The notes beneath the pieces are model-generated. The model ran no database searches. It was given only the letters and a program-made list of their open reading frames with translations, and had not been told where the DNA came from. Positions 34,701 through 41,494 of a stretch of DNA of 58,257 bases are shown one piece after another. How positions within the stretch are numbered: the first letter of the stretch is position 1; each line of letters starts with the position of its first letter. A program made the position numbers and the translations under genes. The stretch is taken from positions 1 through 58,257 of IMG/VR virus record IMGVR_UViG_3300027971_002004. One strand, 5' to 3'. The DNA is from a virus (Duplodnaviria > Caudoviricetes).

Positions 34701-37578
34701 ATGTATCCTGTAATACATTATTAACATAAACTTGAATATTAGGCCATACAGTATCTATTGAGGCAGCTATATCGCATGTATAGGTTGTTGTTGCTTCAGA
34801 TGCAATATAGTCAAAAGAAAAGATTTGATATTGACGGCTCTCTGCAACTGCTGTTTGCCAACCTAATTGTCTAATAACATTTGTTCTAGAAGTATAATTA
34901 TATACATAACCGGTATTAACTTTTTGCGTGATGGGGGATGACCCTTGTACATAATTGAAAATGGCACTATTTAACGGCACATCAAAACTTATATCACCTA
35001 CGTTATTAACTGAGCTATAGCGAAGCGGGAATCCTAATATTATATCCTTTATACCTGAACCAATTCCATAGCTGAACAACTTGTTTCCTGCAAATGAGGT
35101 ACCAACATATACATCGGTATCACCAAAGCTAATTCCATCATTGTCAAAAACATCAAAATACGGAGCTTGATTAACTGTAGTTTTTTGTTGTGATAATAAC
35201 CATATTATACCATCAAAGTAAAAATTCTTACCTTGATTATTATAACCCTTAAAGGCAAAGGTACATTCTAATGGTAGTACTAATCCATCAATTGCTTCCG
35301 TAAGAGTAATTAAAGATGTTCCGGTACCTTGTATATCAGAGAATCTTACAACATAAATTTTATCTTTAACATTTGAATCTGTATCAGCAGAAAATACAAT
35401 TCTTGCACCATCGTATAATGAATAGTTATCGTTAGATAAATCATTTGCAACCAATGAAGATGTTGTAGTAGACACAATAGTAGTAGGATCATTCCATGCT
35501 ACGGTAAGAGTGATGGTAGTTGTTCCGCTAATATCAGTAATTGTTGTATTTCTAGGAAGGACATTAGTAGTGTCATTTATATATTGACCAATTTGAAACG
35601 CACCAGTAATATCATCTGAATCTATTGTAATAGTTGTAGACGTTCCGGTAGTACTTGCAATTTGAGCAGTATATGCTGTATATACTTCAACATCCGGCCA
35701 ATAGTTTTCTTGTCCAGCCACATAACTAAAGGCATCAGTTGTTCTATCATCAAAGAAATCAATAGGAGCTTTACCTATAACTCCGTTATCAAATAATCTT
35801 AAGTTAGGATAGAATTCAATAATAGGGCGTTTAGCTTTATTATCTTGTGTGGCATAAAGTGTTGCAATGTTAGGGTTATTATTATATGTTGCTGTTGCAT
35901 TAATTACGTCTACATGGAACCATCTATTACTACGACTCCATGCATTCTTATCAATACTATTTCTTGATATAGTAATATAGTCTTGATACAAAGGAATATA
36001 CAAAGTACTATCAAAATTACCTATATCATATGGCAATGAATCGTATGGTGTGTAAGTTCCTGTAGTAAAGGGTTCTGGCGCAATTAATGTACTAGTATCT
36101 AATAATTCAATGAATGTGCCTACACCTTCTACATAATACTCACCTTCTTTATAACTTCTAGGAAAAATGTCACCCGAGAAACTTACTTTAAGACCATTTG
36201 TAAAAACTACACCATTCGGCGAAGTATATTGTTCTTTTCCTAATATAGTAGTAATGTCTAATTGATTTGTTGAATTACTTTCAATTAATCTAATGATACC
36301 TACTTTGTTTGGACTAGTACCATCTTGGTAATATAATGTATCTAATACTGCGCTTTGGTAAGGGATAAGGTTAATAGAACCAAAATTATTACGATAGAAA
36401 TCTCTTGCCTTCCATGCTGTGCCGTAATTTGCTGTAATTTTTTGATTTGTGGGAATACTTCCAGCGTATACTAGTCTTAACACAGGATCGGATATTGAAC
36501 CTTCATATGTAATTGTATAGAACGTAGCAGACACATCAGTATAATATCCACCTTCATAGTTTGCAAAATTTGTACTATTTCCCGGAGGAGTATATGGTGC
36601 TCCTCCATTTGGTGAAACAGATGAACTAGTTTCTTCATCATAGGTAGTAGTGTCATAGAACTTAGAAATATACCCTTGTTCATTTACAACACCGGTGTTG
36701 TAGAACATTACGGTTAAACCTTCTAGACTTGTTACGCCATCTATATTTGTAACGGTGCTTAACAACTGACCATTAATGTTATCATATGGTGTAGTGGATA
36801 CAACATCTACTTGATTACTACCGGGGAAATTGTAATCATCTTGTGCATTTTTGTATGGTACATTAAATGTTACAACACCTACGGTGGCTCCATTATTCTC
36901 TACACCTAATACATCGCGGGTTTGCACGTTGAGCTGTTGTGGATCATACCCGGTTACGCCCGGTTTTCCCTGTATCCAAAATTCAGTAGGTTGATTTACT
37001 GTAAAAGTATATGTGCCGCCACGAATTAATGTTAGTGTAGGGTTTGTTGTTCCGGCAGGATTAACGTCACTAGAAATATTATATCCATTGGGTAAACTTT
37101 GAACAGTATAGTCAGCCGCAGTGTAAACAATATCAGTTGAAATATTAACAACCGGGGCGCCAGTTGGTAACCAATAATATTGATTAAAGTTAATAATTTT
37201 ATCTAGGTTAGTAAAACTATCCCATGAGTAGAATTCACTATTAAACAATCTATCATTGTTATTTGTAATAGCACCTTCTAATCTTAATGCATCAATTATA
37301 CCCGGATAACTAATGAAATCTTTAGCAGTACTAGTGTTTGTTTTTGTAAACACAACACCTGGATCTAATTGATAATCTATTCTTGTTTTAGTAGGTTCAA
37401 CTACATAATTGTCTTTAGCATTAATACCGTAACCAAATCTGCTACCAATGTAACCTTCGATTTGCATCGTGTTTGGTTGGTCAACAATTTGATCCAGAGT
37501 TGCACCTAAAAATTGTGCATTAGTGGGTGTTTGAAATATTTCTGGTAAAAAGTTTAGTGTTCTAATTCGTGCTGCCAT
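19765..37578 (-). CDS. Giant 5,937-aa virion structural protein (baseplate wedge/fibre-like, multi-repeat)
   Basis: Uninterrupted 17.8-kb ORF right after the gp6-like gene; FG-GAP-like propeller motifs (FGYSIA, FGYSLD, IGAP, GAVY) and about a dozen beta-rich repeats; T/S/N-rich. Confidence 0.85.
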   Translation of the reverse strand: MAARIRTLNFLPEIFQTPTNAQFLGATLDQIVDQPNTMQIEGYIGSRFGYGINAKDNYVVEPTKTRIDYQLDPGVVFTKTNTSTAKDFISYPGIIDALRLEGAITNNNDRLFNSEFYSWDSFTNLDKIINFNQYYWLPTGAPVVNISTDIVYTAADYTVQSLPNGYNISSDVNPAGTTNPTLTLIRGGTYTFTVNQPTEFWIQGKPGVTGYDPQQLNVQTRDVLGVENNGATVGVVTFNVPYKNAQDDYNFPGSNQVDVVSTTPYDNINGQLLSTVTNIDGVTSLEGLTVMFYNTGVVNEQGYISKFYDTTTYDEETSSSVSPNGGAPYTPPGNSTNFANYEGGYYTDVSATFYTITYEGSISDPVLRLVYAGSIPTNQKITANYGTAWKARDFYRNNFGSINLIPYQSAVLDTLYYQDGTSPNKVGIIRLIESNSTNQLDITTILGKEQYTSPNGVVFTNGLKVSFSGDIFPRSYKEGEYYVEGVGTFIELLDTSTLIAPEPFTTGTYTPYDSLPYDIGNFDSTLYIPLYQDYITISRNSIDKNAWSRSNRWFHVDVINATATYNNNPNIATLYATQDNKAKRPIIEFYPNLRLFDNGVIGKAPIDFFDDRTTDAFSYVAGQENYWPDVEVYTAYTAQIASTTGTSTTITIDSDDITGAFQIGQYINDTTNVLPRNTTITDISGTTTITLTVAWNDPTTIVSTTTSSLVANDLSNDNYSLYDGARIVFSADTDSNVKDKIYVVRFSDIQGTGTSLITLTEAIDGLVLPLECTFAFKGYNNQGKNFYFDGIIWLLSQQKTTVNQAPYFDVFDNDGISFGDTDVYVGTSFAGNKLFSYGIGSGIKDIILGFPLRYSSVNNVGDISFDVPLNSAIFNYVQGSSPITQKVNTGYVYNYTSRTNVIRQLGWQTAVAESRQYQIFSFDYIASEATTTYTCDIAASIDTVWPNIQVYVNNVLQDTSTYTFTITENSTIVNFTVPNPLIDTVVEITLLSDQVSPTAYYQIPINLQNNPFNDDVTVVNVGDIRGQYQSIFYNNPNTTGVIFGSNNYRDLGNLVPWGTKIIQNSASLALSGSLLRSPNYNLFNSLQYNSQQYINFKSLLVYTIDKTEYTIRQTPSFILDDALDQITANKTNSEPFFWSDMLPSKSAYTTNTYTFANSLDVSIYPLTRIYNFDTANYYGVLVYLTTTINNVTSTVQLVIAQDYTVSIDSPSLTITKDLLPGDIVTIKEYNQTFGSFVPNTPTKLGLYPSFIPSVVLDSDYSQPTYFILGHDGSYTKLYGDYIDGYLVDFRDQALLEFETRVYNNLKLSDLIPISKYDVIPGFFRTTDYSYDEVLQIYSQYFLNWVGQNRIEYKKQFYQSTDQYSYNYNQSGNKINGQAFEQGFWRGIYEYFYDTSTPNISPWEMIGFTDEPSWWTTRYGPAPYTSDNLILWGDMAAGINWNNGDPIVLPEFIREELLQVIPVDTAGNLLSPFDAVMGNYSQRTFRNDWVVGDVGPAEFSYRRSSSWPFDLMKILALTKPAQFFNLGFDVDNYKYSTEFKQYLVNNRSHLIISDVAIYGNGTAKTSYVNWIVDYEKQMGVDATQNITDLFDNLDVRLIYRLAGFSDKSLLGFYVEKGTPNSRNASLLIPDESYSMILYDNIPTTTIVYSGVIIQSTSAGWKVFGNSQDTAYFTTVTPKINGNYNKITVGDVSVQIANDYTETKTNIIPYGTEFVDIQSLCQFVASYGQFLLTQGVLFDQIESGIDVNWRQMITELLYWSQSGWEIGSLVNLNPAANLITINKDSHVVQPLTLQKQNFILNQNFYPIQSVDLSINRDSTFFSARPLNEGDTVAYGQFNISNFEHGVVFDNVTVFNDVLYNLTTGLRQNRILTRGTKSAEWNGTVDAQGFILNQDNIEEWNTNSKYTRGSIVKYKNRYWFALKVLNAKEVFEEQDWKVTDYNEIQKGLLPNSSTRSYESTLYYDTNKSNLDQDSDLLSWSLIGYRPRDYLALADLTDITQVNVYKNLIKEKGTRIAANNFKGLSLPQGGINYDIYDNWAIKTGEFGGVLNNNFVDFRLNQNLLTSNPSIVGLTNGVYTNGVQQEVPIYNIFNYGRPINNPNVLPTLPTNTPNKVFPDAGYVNFNDVKISSYYYNGLNTAVTPLSNLYVNEYVWLADYSSTWQVYTPSSIGQVIGANNNMNGTVTIQFATPHNLIKYQPFAIINFNSNINGYRIVSSVVDNFRVTILLSISPSTTTILGQGVAFKFSSQRVATPKDINTLPLLDSEFVKNKVWVDENDDGSWAVYRKSLNYLYDDELFKTGSITYGSAVALTPNLGYLVTDAGVGAAYRYSYSPVFDSYSIVQTITNDTSFGSSISYSDNLFVISQPTGASYSDRKVYIYELVITTLVNELQEYQVIESPNNNSVLDWGSSVALSGDQNWLYISASDQNLVYVYRKSQLTGQYEYSNIVNTPAISNVGNLNVGGTYIIESIGTTDFIALGAPSNTIRTKFTCNASTQSGTGTVSTGGDNFGYSIATNYYGNNIVVSAPYQDSGVDDLGYAYSFERIVQTFEAPYTSLPYIPQTFSLIFQPTTLTKTASSILSNAITLDNVTSLSIAMPVIFTGIVYGEVSLNQVYYIKTIVGSTVTLSLTRGGATVVLLDTAGTMTLIAQYEPIFVSVNGTLIDDNSYGVSNSSINIYGSLTAGDIINVSGSEFVLTQEFTSLDSNPEVGTNFGYSLDVDTYANEILIGAPFEINNKNQEGAVYRYTYGGGSYGIITGYTPCDVTAEVTILINGYSVIIPAGDATLVASAIASANITNVTASASIDNILTIQVISIDLAYINAKLTVSVLDKEILNQLGIKIYTQTQLINDPHSQGRTEFGHTIKFNSAGSFIVGAPVSSRYAETTFDASDDENYDNDTLFDNNTTQFLDSFVNAGAVYMYDYLPVYNETASNPGAYVYAQSVNALNVDYGGQPYYGTALEFTNEYAMIGTPNFRPGYNNGQVVIYNNATGTPDWSMYRNSAPIVNIDAIQNAQLYSVSTNNTLDNLDYIDPLQGKILGAVRQNLDVISNADPANYNSPDATNKGSAVWGSGELGKLWFDTTTTKFVNYHQSDDVVYNSVWWGRVFPGSDVKVYSWVTSDVLPIAYQGPGTPNDFDNYVIQYKLNSTGSIVPVYYYWVRNTNIVFSKMGKTLSDTICESYISTPLATGISYMAPIQPNVFGLYNCTSDINANDTALHIGFATGTNDDVSHSVYSLIRSQYADDFLPGLPGIGDTLVPESLYNKMLESLSGVDQTGGVVPDPQLPKPVQSGILVRPRQSFFYNRFKALENYLTFYNEVLSQYPLTETSSLKFLFTKGEINPSTVGNPNWSGQPLFFYNTQDYWEVINWWAPGYDNNTKSSLLVESYYDLATINAQLGLIVTVNKNGDGLQETYVYDGIIWNRIGLQNGTIQFKSSLWDYAEARLGFGDNFFDTTPYDTFPSEETRYIIRALNEELPSSLLLYRNEALILLFEYIVSESIESQNYLPWLNKTSFIDVGHTIRELLPLEVYQSDNQEFLSGYLNEVKPYHVVIKDFLFKYTGSDNYLGNITDFDLPAEYSTQYEQYITPELVYSNPSNINQYLPSDPIWQTKPYVNWFNNQGLSITGITGYPITILSSYLTLNSSAMVVDNVYGFPTTGVVLIGTEQIAYSSVDRAYSTLSGLTRGVNNTPITNHIPGEQIIIDLPPILLLNGGRGYAEPPKVIAYIDTTIYPAPRRAAILEPVMNLDTILRIDVIDPGDGYQVLPEIIIDPSEIVTFPSTVVDVSTRTITLQTQFVQTGDLVKYYVGTDTTPIGGLDEGQYYYLAVLESNPFYVVALYTTYADALQDHDRVLFTNTGSGDNNKIAVSARASCVSTSAPVRENNIKLKFDRTTYTSRVTEWAPNNFYGSFYAGLFNNSTRIASSSITLESTQPPVDTILASAQGATFEIQDVTNDQLLVWSSLVRSVSETIHSGSINLVRLTYSSTEPNASGSTIGFYVGMPIKFTGAVGPVIVNETIYYVAEIINESDFSISTTAGGSVLILTNYNVTAAGMSCYAGEVTNTAIVTIAYPGILNVTTTETTSNFITVPLLPTGTGGTAGFYVGLPVYFVGSVFGGIVENETYYITTVIDSETFTISTDNDPLILNVTGTVDLGDKVTVSSTLELAVNNPIIFTGTIFGGIIAGQVYYIRSIVDGTHITIADVLNGGAVPLTTASGSCTLTSQTTALPLTNATGSMTMNVGLPVSPGQVNGQQFTFYPTIDSVGVAVSGTNTTLLTRDIVATTDNGNYLYVSYLSGGITNIYNNLPFKVTSSIGGLSTSTLYYVLSNGTLSVEVASSSSSTNTFTLSTGETTIGFYVDMPISFSGLVYGNTVALVTYYINSYVTGGDQFTITDKLGGVLATEIESGKTYTIYSLGTTDFTTLGASSNTKGLSFVASRDGTISDGTGRASAQFILTTFNGSMTLTADNPYVTLSASLGGSEVTLTTQIKETIFIQNPTLVPTFNVGTKLGGYIIDIINPGAGYTFDNVITIPGTALTFNGVSGLSPLNDLVLTVSNVDVITSTPFVSNGTITGVIGSGTSGGDVNQYYLKVITAIECEVYSDALMTVPVNGITLGTEYSLGDYVFLPEPFYFNQSIVKYNNAVWQCIISNNDNEFILGKWELMDSGDRKLNELDRIVGYYQPNVNMPGLDLTQLVSGIIYPNGTYLGNAFAPEDQYTLDTELQDKSFNLIADTIYNVQGDPFLSGYGPEELVPGLISDNLSMIVTTRPGTDWDASIYGHVGFNVVSTEIMPNTNQTEFSFNRIVENPANMSLFDIDYSNNLSTRIYNFTVDWVNKIITLSAPLASTRGLRLDLYEVGNGDQLVKSNSQVIPFVDNIITGFVEMPLNCNYSASRFNGSGVIRPTTDPKEVTAIETDALDNGIVCDNVDYFLVNSPITFEGAVFGGITTNTTYYVKTLSHITNKITVSTTSVSGIAGPTFDVTSGTGSMLVNIQSTNGLVWTDPIIIHNGTNLVLGEQGIISETMSGTNTIIVNSTDHYEVGDTIIFSNAIEIGSFAECGLMAQTTYYITSIIGNEFTVSTTLGGSDVVLNDATGIALCVTNDYAITLADQGITAKLVFSSQYNQNDDFVVLSIFGETAPIQYGYTVPETQIFTLTNTTTEFVLRNFVGQDNADNAIVEYNGLRLTNNADYTINSATGTLNLSFTPSVGSIISVTTYNLTDRQYLNTTYGGTFGGSSTTILTIGNTTHNVGSYDQNVPTAQTYDQNTPSVVPYDMNLNYLTLSLGDTSSLTVNDAIRFNSPTLGGIIANQIYYVLQIINSTDFTISENPGGESIILTTDSGSMIGITNPPTVANIVSINNTIVNTIASTNISNTTAPHTITGGLTTGFIIGQSIMFKDSTATGFGNVLANGKVYYISYVDPNGVDFEVSDTINLATNVPGSPITVTTASGSMVAYVGGNESIVVTTGIPHNLSEDDLVRIDSVLGSTELNNNTYYAKVINPTQIGLYYTSYNPTLSYVNSPVTQVSSYYGNGYVWLDRLFTLETTNVYSTNVSTNGITVASTSQLIPGTPLVFTGTAFGGIQSLVTAGSFIIGNTYQITETGTTTWTNIGSLNNDSGTTFVATGVGSGTGIATAIYYVNEITSAYEFSVTAVRDGEIYQLTTATGSMNVTQWEQTNVDRLWVTVNGYRIPSSGLYLNSQNNLSILTVIQPGDVVIITNMIPTATPNETVYIENVNKSNQQSIFRSNTLTRTWLTYGLQDVDDVIYVEDVSRVTESIIQEVTAPAVSVDDTMSIGLNGDKSAISQVIVYNNTTSLTIDPADYTIVVENVAPVLLIDINPSTPAIAPGDDLTITVILGNLIYINGEQIRYTTVNFDENTLSGLQRGANGTGKQTYIPKYTTVYGVLPSNMLPELYNGFSWNSFNYNLVDGDPLQISTTYPANFLNADVP

Positions 37579-37604
37579 TATAACTCTCTGTTATTATATA
37601 GTAC

Positions 37605-40600
37605 TTATCTTATTTGTAATTGCACTGGTGTGAGTGCCGCAATTACTAATACATCATTTGCAGTTGCACCATTTACAAAAATCTCAAACGGTGCTGATTT
37701 AATCTCATATAAATCACCAAAACTCATTGTAGGGTCATTTGGTACGAGAACTACTGAACTTACTAAATCACCTAATTGTGCATGTAAATATGCACTCAAT
37801 TCTGAGAAATAGAATGTGTCTCCAAATCCCCAATTATTAATATTGAAATAACTATTCATTGCAGATAAAACTGCACTACGTATTTCACTATCACTTGCAT
37901 TGGTTGATTGAGATTTAATTACCTTAACCGTTCCCTGTAGTTGAGTTGGTGCCTTTGTACCAAACAGTGGAAGAAACCGAACACTATTAGGTACTACACT
38001 ATCAGTTAACATTTTGTATTCATTTAGATTGCTATATGCCTGTTGCAATTCATTAATGGTTGGGACATTTGGTTTTGTAATAGTTCCAGTAGAATCTTGA
38101 ATCCAATTTGTATACTCAGTATAATATGCTTGTGTTACTAAATATAAATCAATAATATTTGTAGTAGTAGGATCAATACGTGTAGTATTATTGCTATTAT
38201 GTCTATATTGATATGCTAACTCTTGTCTACCGGGCTTCATTAAATATTGGGGTTGACTAATCACTAAGTAGTACGGCGTAGTGACTGCGGTATCTTGCAC
38301 TGTTGTGTAAAATACATTATCACTATATGCGTAAAATACTTGTCCTAAAGGATATTCATACTTAACAACTTCAATATTAGATAATGTAGGATATTGATAT
38401 ACTACATCACTAGTGTATATCAATTGATATCGAGATAAATTAACGGCGTCCTCTATCAATTCAAAGAATGTATAGATACCTGTATTAATTCCACCGGTTA
38501 CATAACCTGTTACCGTTTCAAAAAAATCAGGATCAGTTACAATTTCTTTATTGTTAACATCTATACTTGCTACTTCAACTTCAAAATCATTGACATAACC
38601 ATCGCTCTCCACTGTTTGACCAATTACATTAACCTGTACAGGTCTTGCTAATGGATAATTACTACTAGGTTGAGAATTAGATGGCAATACTTTAACATAA
38701 TCTGCTAATATTTTTCCAGTAAAAGGATCATACACTAACTTACCTGTTTCAAACCAAAATCTAGTATCAGCAACACTACCAAAATAATAGCGCAATGACC
38801 TATATGATATTTGATATCTATTACTACCTATACTATTAAAATTTACAAACCATCCAGATGCATCATATGCATCAATACTCCACCTATCTTGTGTAATTAA
38901 TAAAGCATTATTAAATTTCAAACTGAAACTTTGATTTAATTCCATTCTAATAACACATTCATTAATTACTGCTGTAGGAAGTGTGTTACCGAATGCAGGA
39001 ATAACCTGAGTGATAATAGCTCCGGTAGGAATAAATCCATTTAATGTTACTGGTCCTGATCCATTACTAAAATTACCAGTGCCATTATTATAACCATCAC
39101 CTATTACACTTAATATAGTTGTCCAATAAAATAAGGTGTCACTTGGACTTGCAATACCATATACTAATCTATTAGTTGAATCAAAGTATGCACCTGCGGG
39201 TGCTGTGACTTTAATTAACGCACCTTTGGTAACATATTTCATATTATGTGTATTATATGTGCCAGTAGCTATTGGAACATTAGCTGATCCACTTATATTA
39301 TAAAAATAACCTGTATTACTATTTGCATCTACTGTACTTGTATTCCAATATACAACGCCATCACCTGACGCAACATTAATATTATAGCGTGGATAATTTT
39401 GTAGATAATATTGCTTTGCACGATTGTCAGACAAAGCAAGTGCTAATGAATCAGTTAAGAATTTAATGATATCACCGGTGTTTGTAATAGTTAATAATAA
39501 ATAACCATCATCACTATTTTGATATAGACCCCCGTCACCTGCAAATGAATTCGTGCTGGAGTATTTTCCTGTAGGATCAAGTAGGTCTAAATTTTTAGAC
39601 ACGCCAATAGAACTACGATTAATAGCGGCACTTTTAATAATTGAACTGTATAATGTATATGGGAAATTTGTATAATCTTCACCATTAACCATTCTGTTCT
39701 GAGTATAATATCGAGCAGGAGCACGTAGTTTAATGTTTGCTAATGATTCTCTGGCTTGCGCTGTTGAAGCTGGTGTTTGTAATGATAATCCTATAGTGAG
39801 TGCTTCTGTTCGTCCTGTTCTGCTAATATACTGTATTGTTACTTGAATCCCCTGCATTTCAGTTGGATCAATAGTATATGTTAATGCATTACCTGCACGT
39901 ACATATGCTCTAAATGTTCCAACAGGTGCTTCGGAAAATACTCCATCACCGAAACTATAGCTAACTTGGTCATTGAACCTTGATACAACTGAGAATACTT
40001 TTTTGTAACTATTCTCGGTTTGAAGTGAAGCATTAGCATATACACTATCTACTAATCTCCAAAGCGTTCTACCACCATTGCTAGAATTTAATTGGTATAA
40101 CCAAGTATCGGTGTTGTTGATACCTTGAATATCAATATCAACTACTTGATTACTAATCTGTTGAGCTAAATTAAAATCGTAAGTCTGCAATGTTCCTTGT
40201 TTAAAATAAAAGAAGAAACCTGTATTTGGACTACCATAACCCAATTTATCATTACGATACATCATGTTCATCTTACCACTAGGTGCAGGTGGAATCTCAT
40301 AAACAGAATCCTGATCTAGACTAGTTGCGCTTACTAATTCAAAATTCATATTGATGGTATCTACTGTGCTACTGAATGGTACAATAGGTAAATTAGCAGG
40401 AGGAATATTTAATGAATATTCATCCGTTTTTACTCCTAATAATTCTGCTGAGTTACCGGGGCGACCAACACGCTGACTGTTAATTAATGCACTATTGATA
40501 ATCGTGTTAAACTGCTCTAACCAACCAGCATTTGCAGGATCATTCCAAAGAATAGTTTGATTACTTAAGTTGATTCCGTTAACATCGGTAATGTTTTCAG

Positions 40601-40976
40601 TTGTACTAATGTTTGTTACTTTAAGATAGCCCTGACCTGCAATATTACGTTTAGGATTATAACCTACTAAATTTGCTAATTTGATAACACTATCTCTACG
40701 CTCAGCCGTATCAATAAAGTTTTCACGTGTGTTTAGGTCATTACGAAAGGCTAAACCCTGTCCCATAAACGCAATAACGTCTAATATTGCAATAAATTCA
40801 CTAGATTCAATGTAATCGTTGAAGGTTTCAGGATAATAAGTACGTAAATAATCTATGAAACTCTTGCGTAGGGTTTCATAATCGTAGCTTTTAAAATCGG
40901 CTTCACGAAAGGTTTGATAGATTTGTTGCCAATTCTGAACACCAAATATTGCTGATTGTCGGGATGATGTTGCCAT
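37605..40976 (-). CDS. gp6: Baseplate wedge subunit (T4 gp6-like)
   Basis: DFKSYDYETLR, ENFIDTAERRDSV.KLA..VGY.PKR, FGDGVF, ESLANIKLRAP..YYTQNRMVNGEDY. Confidence 0.85.
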   Translation of the reverse strand: MATSSRQSAIFGVQNWQQIYQTFREADFKSYDYETLRKSFIDYLRTYYPETFNDYIESSEFIAILDVIAFMGQGLAFRNDLNTRENFIDTAERRDSVIKLANLVGYNPKRNIAGQGYLKVTNISTTENITDVNGINLSNQTILWNDPANAGWLEQFNTIINSALINSQRVGRPGNSAELLGVKTDEYSLNIPPANLPIVPFSSTVDTINMNFELVSATSLDQDSVYEIPPAPSGKMNMMYRNDKLGYGSPNTGFFFYFKQGTLQTYDFNLAQQISNQVVDIDIQGINNTDTWLYQLNSSNGGRTLWRLVDSVYANASLQTENSYKKVFSVVSRFNDQVSYSFGDGVFSEAPVGTFRAYVRAGNALTYTIDPTEMQGIQVTIQYISRTGRTEALTIGLSLQTPASTAQARESLANIKLRAPARYYTQNRMVNGEDYTNFPYTLYSSIIKSAAINRSSIGVSKNLDLLDPTGKYSSTNSFAGDGGLYQNSDDGYLLLTITNTGDIIKFLTDSLALALSDNRAKQYYLQNYPRYNINVASGDGVVYWNTSTVDANSNTGYFYNISGSANVPIATGTYNTHNMKYVTKGALIKVTAPAGAYFDSTNRLVYGIASPSDTLFYWTTILSVIGDGYNNGTGNFSNGSGPVTLNGFIPTGAIITQVIPAFGNTLPTAVINECVIRMELNQSFSLKFNNALLITQDRWSIDAYDASGWFVNFNSIGSNRYQISYRSLRYYFGSVADTRFWFETGKLVYDPFTGKILADYVKVLPSNSQPSSNYPLARPVQVNVIGQTVESDGYVNDFEVEVASIDVNNKEIVTDPDFFETVTGYVTGGINTGIYTFFELIEDAVNLSRYQLIYTSDVVYQYPTLSNIEVVKYEYPLGQVFYAYSDNVFYTTVQDTAVTTPYYLVISQPQYLMKPGRQELAYQYRHNSNNTTRIDPTTTNIIDLYLVTQAYYTEYTNWIQDSTGTITKPNVPTINELQQAYSNLNEYKMLTDSVVPNSVRFLPLFGTKAPTQLQGTVKVIKSQSTNASDSEIRSAVLSAMNSYFNINNWGFGDTFYFSELSAYLHAQLGDLVSSVVLVPNDPTMSFGDLYEIKSAPFEIFVNGATANDVLVIAALTPVQLQIR

Positions 40977-41024
40977 AGTTATTCTCTTTTAAGTATTTAT
41001 CTTAAATGAAAACAACGGTTTTTG

Positions 41025-41474
41025 TTATTGTATGCTAGCAGTATTAGTTAAATTATTAAAGAAAACATTCAATATTTCTGCATTATTGAAGGGTGCAATA
41101 GCCAATTCTACTTCAAGTAATATGCCATTTTCCTGTGTATAACTTTTTACTGTATTGATGATTAATCTAGGATCATTGTTACCAATTCTACGTATCTCAT
41201 TTTCAATTGTCAATCTAGTGTCAGCATCATTTGGCTCAAAAATATAACTCCAAATAGTAGAACCATAACCAGGATTTCCAACTTTCTGCCCCTGCTGAAT
41301 GTTCAGTGCATTGACAAAATCTCTAATTACCAATGGTTCGTCTACAATACGATACTTTTTACCCGGGATAGTTGGCTTTAACACACCGCCGGTACCGCCA
41401 TCTATGCCAGTACTGGCATTAGTTGTCTTTGGCTCATTTGCCCCGATTGTTGAGAATCCTACATATGTTGGCAT
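41025..41474 (-). CDS. gp25: Baseplate wedge subunit (gp25/GPW family)
   Basis: LNIQQGQKVGNPGYGSTIWSYIFEP...I..DPRL. Confidence 0.85.
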   Translation of the reverse strand: MPTYVGFSTIGANEPKTTNASTGIDGGTGGVLKPTIPGKKYRIVDEPLVIRDFVNALNIQQGQKVGNPGYGSTIWSYIFEPNDADTRLTIENEIRRIGNNDPRLIINTVKSYTQENGILLEVELAIAPFNNAEILNVFFNNLTNTASIQ

Positions 41475-41494
41475 AGTTTATCCTATAGCTATAT

